NCBI GenBank assembly: GCA_051294375.1
Contig: CM119268.1
Location: 20,767,869-20,831,868, forward strand
Direction of reading: 5' to 3'
DNA: 64,000 nt
DNA from: Paraspadella gotoi
Taxonomy: Eukaryota; Animalia; Chaetognatha
The position numbers were made by a program, and so were the translations under genes. Below the pieces are notes generated by a model. The model was given only the letters and a program-made list of their open reading frames with translations, was not told the DNA's origin and ran no database searches. This document shows, piece by piece, positions 41,180 to 64,000 of this stretch (position 1 is its first letter; the number at the start of each line of letters is the position of its first letter).

Positions 41180-41806
41180 ACTGCGTCACAAAAGTGAGTT
41201 GAGTGAATGGTAGTTTGGAATAAAAGTGAGTTCAGTGAATGGTAGTTTGGAATAAAAGTGAGTTGAGTGAATGGTCGTGTCCAAGTTTGGAATAAAAATA
41301 GGAAGAGGATCGACTATCGGTGAAACCTCACGAGAAAATGAGAACCGATGAAAGAACAAGTTTAAGCACGATCATTAGCGGTAATTAGTTATTTAATTAA
41401 TTAATAGATTAATTTAAAATAATTAATTAATTAGTTAATTAATTACATTAATTACCTTACATACATTAATTACATTAATTAATTAATTTTATCTGACATT
41501 GTTTGCTTAAACATGTTTGTTTTTAGGTCTTTTCGTTACTGACCACGACAAAAGCATGACAACAATAATGCCGATAACGATTAATTGATTGACTTACTTG
41601 ATTAATTGATTGATTGATTGAATAATTAATTATTTGATAAATAATTTGATTGATTTAATATTTTATTTATTGATTAATTAACTTATTAATTAATTAATTA
41701 ATTAATTGATTAATACATATTGCATTTACATTTAATAGAAAAAGAAGCATAATCAATTAGTGAAACCTATTTTTTTTACCATTTAAACTAATTTTGATTT
41801 CATAGA

Positions 41807-41919
41807 AACTTAATTCCCAGCTAAATCACACACTTTCCTACCCAAGTCAAGTCAATCGTCCCATACAATCATGAGTAATTGGCGTTCAAAGCAAAGGTCA
41901 CGTAGCTGGGAATTAAGTT
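41807..41919. mobile_element. 113-bp MITE-like element
   Basis: Perfect 17-bp inverted ends AACTTAATTCCCAGCTA / TAGCTGGGAATTAAGTT. Confidence 0.6.
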
Positions 41920-42668
41920 AATTATTCAGGTTTAAAGTTTAATTTAAAGTCGACGCCGCCGATTAATTATCACAAGAGAATCATCGAGACGACAACGACG
42001 ACCTGTCTCTCTCACTCTCTCTCTCTCTNNNNNNNNNNNNNNNNNNNNNNNNNNNNNNNNNNNNNNNNNNNNNNNNNNNNNNNNNNNNNNNNNNNNNNNN
42101 NNNNNNNNNNNNNNNNNNNNNNNNNNNNNNNNNNNNNNNNNNNNNNNNNNNNNNNNNNNNNNNNNNNNNNNNNNNNNNNNNNNNNNNNNNNNNNNNNNNN
42201 NNNNNNNNNNNNNNNNNNNNNNNNNNNNNNNNNNNNNNNNNNNNNNNNNNNNNCTCTCTCTCTCTCTCTCTCTCTCTGTTTCTCTCTGTTTCTCTCTTTG
42301 TTTCTTCTTTAGTTTAAGATCCAAATAATTTGTTAACTTTCCATTTTTTTTCGCTTTTGGTTGCTTAGCAGATTTAGTAAAGTCGACAGATTCTTGCGAA
42401 ATTTTTTTTCGCAAAATCGTGTCGAAGCAGAAAAAAATTATTACAAAATTTTTCTGATGCTTTAGGATAACATAAATATTAATATTTAACAAAAATAATA
42501 TTTGGCCCAACTAATAAAACTATAAATAAATTTCAAGTCTAAAGGAAAAATTAACTAAAACACAAAAAATTACAAATTCAATGACTTCTTTAAAATCTTT
42601 TTTAAAAAAATACATGAAACTTAGTTCTTTATATTACAGATATAATTAGCCTCTAATGTTGGGAATAT

Positions 42669-42804
42669 TTTGTATTAGTTTCAAGGTAATTATCATAATA
42701 ACTCATGTGCGCTGATGAAGGCTCGTATTGTGAGCCGAAACATGTCTGCTCTTTTAAAATAAAATTCGTTGCAAAATAAAATCAAACTTTGTATTAGTTT
42801 CAAG
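42669..42804 (+). mobile_element. Truncated Penelope-like retroelement insert with 17-bp target-site duplication
   Basis: TTTGTATTAGTTTCAAG at 42669-42685 and 42788-42804 flanks a 102-bp insert with the hammerhead and AATAAA. Confidence 0.65.
42706..42751 (+). ncRNA. Minimal type I hammerhead ribozyme motif
   Basis: gcg-CTGATGA-a-GGCTC-gtattgt-GAGCC-GAAA-CATG-TC-tgc: full core, 5-bp helix II, palindromic CATG helix III, GUC site at 42744-42746. Confidence 0.75.
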
Positions 42805-43404
42805 TAATTTAAATAATGTTAAGTTAATCTAAAATGATGAAATAAAAAAATGCGGTTTTTCGACTGACCATTTAAAAAAATTCATTGCAGACAAACGGTG
42901 AATCATTAACAAAAATGCTTTAACCGAAGTAGAAAGAACATAACGGTGAACCCAGAAGCAGAGTAAATTTTTTTCATTTTTCTATCTACACCTTGAAAAT
43001 TAGTGCCNNNNNNNNNNNNNNNNNNNNNNNNNNNNNNNNNNNNNNNNNNNNNNNNNNNNNNNNNNNNNNNNNNNNNNNNNNNNNNNNNNNNNNNNNNNNN
43101 NNNNNNNNNNNNNNNNNNNNNNNNNNNNNNNNNNNNNNNNNNNNNNNNNNNNNNNNNNNNNNNNNNNNNNNNNNNNNNNNNNNNNNNNNNNNNNNNNNNN
43201 NNNNNNNNNNNNNNNNNNNNNNNNNNNNNNNNNNNNNAAATTGCTTAAAAACTATCTTTGCCGTATAAAATTTATAATGATTTTATTTAACCCATTATTC
43301 AGTACTCTTTATGATATAGTCGAAAGTATAAATATATATATATATATAAAATATAAATATATCAGGAGATTTAGTAAATTTTGTTACAAAAACCTTTTTG
43401 TAGA

Positions 43405-43536
43405 CACTGATCAGGATTTATTGATGCACTGATCAGGATTTATTGATGCACTGATCAGGATTTATTGATGCACTGATCAGGATTTATTGATGCAATGATC
43501 AGGTTTTATTGATGCACTGATCAGGATTTATTGATG
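43405..43536. repeat. 22-bp tandem repeat (CACTGATCAGGATTTATTGATG)x6
   Basis: Direct reading. Confidence 0.9.
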
Positions 43537-43899
43537 GAATAATAGTGAAATGCAATGATAATCGTTCAAGGATGCGAGAGAGAGAAAGAGAGAAAGAGAG
43601 AAACAACAGATTCCTTAATAAATCAATAAAATAATCTATTAATCAATCATTTAATCAACTGATCAATCATTTAATCAATCATTTTAACTAAGAGAGAGAG
43701 AAAGAATTCAAATAAATGTGACCTGAGTTTTTTCCATTTAAACTCCATTCCACTTGAACGATTCAATTGAAACTTTATTTCTAACTCAATCACGTAATTT
43801 CCTACCCTCATATTAAATTTCATCTCAATCCATCCATCCAATTATAAATAATTGGAATAATTAAGAGTAAATAAACGACGGCAAGTAAATATTACTTTT

Positions 43900-44212
43900 G
43901 TTTTTTTCCACTTGCACGATTCCATCTAAACTTTATATGCAACAAATACAAAATTTCAAGCCAATCGCCCCATCCACTCATGGGTAATATGCGTTCAAAT
44001 CTAAGGTGGGACGGACGGACGGACGGACGGACGGACAGACCGACAGAAAGACAGACGGACGGACGAACATCGTTTTTTTTTGCATAATTTATCATAATTC
44101 GATGTTCTGAGATGAAATAAGTGAAAGCCGGACAAGATTGTGGGAGCGGACCGACGGACCAACAAATTAAATTATAGAGCCGGATACTAAGGTAAGCAGA
44201 TCCGGCTAAAAA
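43900..44212. mobile_element. DINE-1/HINE-like (Helentron-associated) non-autonomous element upstream of the lipase
   Basis: Internal (GGAC)n/(AGAC)n microsatellite, terminal hairpin AGCCGGAT..ATCCGGCT (44178-44207) followed by an A run. Confidence 0.55.
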
Positions 44213-44817
44213 TATAAAAACAATGATGAATAAAAATATTACAAAGGACGGCCAATCCAAGCGTAGTAAATTAAATTTAAAATAATTTTCACTATTAATT
44301 CTTAGTTAATTAAAAAAAGTTCATCAGAGAAAAATGTTATGAAAAGATTAAATAATTGTTTCTAGTTACACAAATTATTACGATTAGCAACTTGGTGCAA
44401 TCAAAACTCATAAAAATGTCAAATGATGAATTACAGTCTGAACAAGAGAACAAACCAGATGACGTGAAAACTTTAAAAACTAGTCGTTGTCAAAACGATA
44501 CTTTTATGATTTTTTTAAAAAACCTTATCTATATTTATGTTCATGTGTTTTGCAAGGGAACAATATTATTAAGTACACGTACTCAGATATGTTTACTTTT
44601 AGCATGTTCCAGTTAGGTTTATTGTAATTGTGATACTGAGAACAAGAAGCATATACAGAATGACTGCGATATTTGCATAATTAATAAAGAACAAGGAAGA
44701 AATTAAAGTAGAAGTAAAACTGAGAATTGGAGACAAGGGAGACTCAAGAAGTCTTTTGCAATTTTTAAAAAAATTGATGAACTAAATTAGTACTATTAGT
44801 TCTACTAATAGTCCCTG

Positions 44818-44876
<59 letters not shown>

Positions 44877-44967
44877 GCTCTCAGTTAGCTATTTAAGCAA
44901 AAAAATTTAATCAAAATAGAAAAGATATCTTTTCTATTTTCAAAAAAAAACAAAAAAAACCACAAAA

Positions 44968-62284
<17,317 letters not shown>

Positions 62285-64000
62285 TCGAAGACAGGGGGGA
62301 ACTTCAGAGCAGCGGCGGAGCTGCGGAAGATAACCCGGCTGCAGCGCATGCGCACTTTACTGCAAATTGAAATGGCCGTTCGATTTGTTTAAATTAAATT
62401 ACTAATCTTATGTAATATGAGTTGTAATAAACGCGATAAATAGAAAATCATTTTTCTTGTTTTTTTTTTGTCAAAATTTTATAGGTTTAGTTAGGCATAG
62501 TTTATACATCAAAATTAAGTAACTTTTGGGTCTACACAACAGCTCACTTTCTTGCCTTGTGAAGAGACAGTGANNNNNNNNNNTAAGTAACTTTTGGGTC
62601 CACACAACGGCTCACTTTCTTGCCTTGCAACTCAATTGTTTTCTTTTTATCTATGCAAATTTAATGTATGCAAACTAAATTGTCAACTCAGTAAATTTTA
62701 ATATCACGCAACTTTGAAATTTTCGAATACGATTTTCTTGATCTGAAAAATTCTCTCCGCTTTCCGCCTTCTTCTCTGCCCTTCCGATTATCGACGCCTC
62801 CTACTCGTCCTCAGCGCCCTCTGAACGAACGCGAAATCTATTGATCACCCGACAGACTGACCGACAAACTGACCAACGACAGACTGACCGACAAACTGCC
62901 CAACGGACCGACCAATCGACCAACCGAACAACAAACCGCCAATCTGTACCCTCTCCTTCTTCTTTTCTTCCCCATTTTCCCATCCCATCTCTTCCTATCC
63001 CNNNNNNNNNNNNNNNNNNNNNNNNNNNNNNNNNNNNNNNNNNNNNNNNNNNNNNNNNNNNNNNNNNNNNNNNNNNNNNNNNNNNNNNNNNNNNNNNNNN
63101 NNNNNNNNNNNNNNNNNNNNNNNNNNNNNNNNNNNNNNNNNNNNNNNNNNNNNNNNNNNNNNNNNNNNNNNNNNNNNNNNNNNNNNNNNNNNNNNNNNNN
63201 NNNNNNNNNNNNNNNNNNNNNNNNNNNNNNNNNNNNNNNNNNNNNNNNNNNNNNNNNNNNNNNNNNNNNNNNNNNNNNNNNNNNNNNNNNNNNNNNNNNN
63301 NNTCTCTCTCTCTCTCTCTCTCCTCATGCAAGACTGACACTTGAGCTCCGTCCGAACGATTCCTGACGTAAAAGGCGGAAGAAACACGATTAATTAGGTA
63401 CATATATTTTTACTTTTATATATTTTTACTTTTATATATTTTTTACTAGTATCGGCAAACCACAACTTTTAAAGTGGATACATTTGACTGAATACGTTTA
63501 TTACGAAATTGGCGCAACGAATATAATAAATTATCTATTCATTTAATAAATAAGCTATCTTGCCCTTGACTTTGGACTTATAGTGGAATACAAGATATTA
63601 AACCAAGACCCTGCAAGCTTTCAATGAAGACTCCCACGCAGTCCACAATACTTTTCTTTAGATAATAAATTAGGGGAAATTCTCGCTTGCCAAGCAGCTT
63701 ATGTTGTCTTTGTACCTTTATTTACATAACGCAAGCAAATCTCTGCAGTTCTTTAGCTTGTCCCTGCTTGTTTCCTGTTTCCATGTCCGTACGTGAGTAC
63801 CGTCCAATCGGTCCGTCCGTCCGTCAAAACCTCCAAATTTTTTTGGAAATTCTTCTCCCCTAATTTCGTTTCTACGAAGAATCTTCTTAGTTGACCGTCG
63901 CTGAACTTTTGATTGCTTCGATCTTTCTTTTTGATTGCATCAATCTTTGCTTGCATCGATTGCAATCAGGAGAAACCTCGTCGCTCATCATTTATTCTCC

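Noticed and set aside
40854-41202. Repetitive ORFs (MSRDSMK / LIFIESR)
   Set aside because: Translation of a 21-bp tandem repeat with no splice or start context.

Overview
AT-rich eukaryotic (most likely invertebrate animal) draft-genome window, full of (AG)n/(AAAG)n/(GAC)n microsatellites, minisatellites and N gaps; nearly all long ORFs in the track are repeat or gap artefacts. One gene is clearly identifiable: a 12-exon, about 520 aa secreted pancreatic-lipase-family gene on + (44968-62284) with signal peptide, GHSLG/GLDPA/CNH triad, lid and PLAT domain. It is interrupted by two inverted, error-laden copies of its own 5' half and has a duplicated last exon. Also present: a large low-complexity R/D/E/N-rich protein gene on - (probable signal-peptide exons from 35303, 2.8-kb exon, Tyr-rich last exon ending 23973) and the 3' exons of a Q/P/S-rich gene on + (36424-40223). 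Four gaps of exactly 25 N each sit next to a large noisy duplication (9.6-18.5 kb vs 18.5-24.9 kb; 47.4-51.3 and 51.8-56.0 kb inverted; 58.8-61.6 vs 61.8-64 kb), which points to long-read gap-filling or haplotype artefacts. These duplicates reveal insertion polymorphisms. Most notable small elements: a minimal hammerhead ribozyme in a 17-bp-TSD Penelope-like insert (42.7 kb), a TRIM-like mini-LTR element seen as both filled and empty allele (59.6-60.2 kb), a TA-flanked MITE family, DINE-1/HINE-like elements and a tRNA-derived SINE. I found no convincing new multi-gene system.
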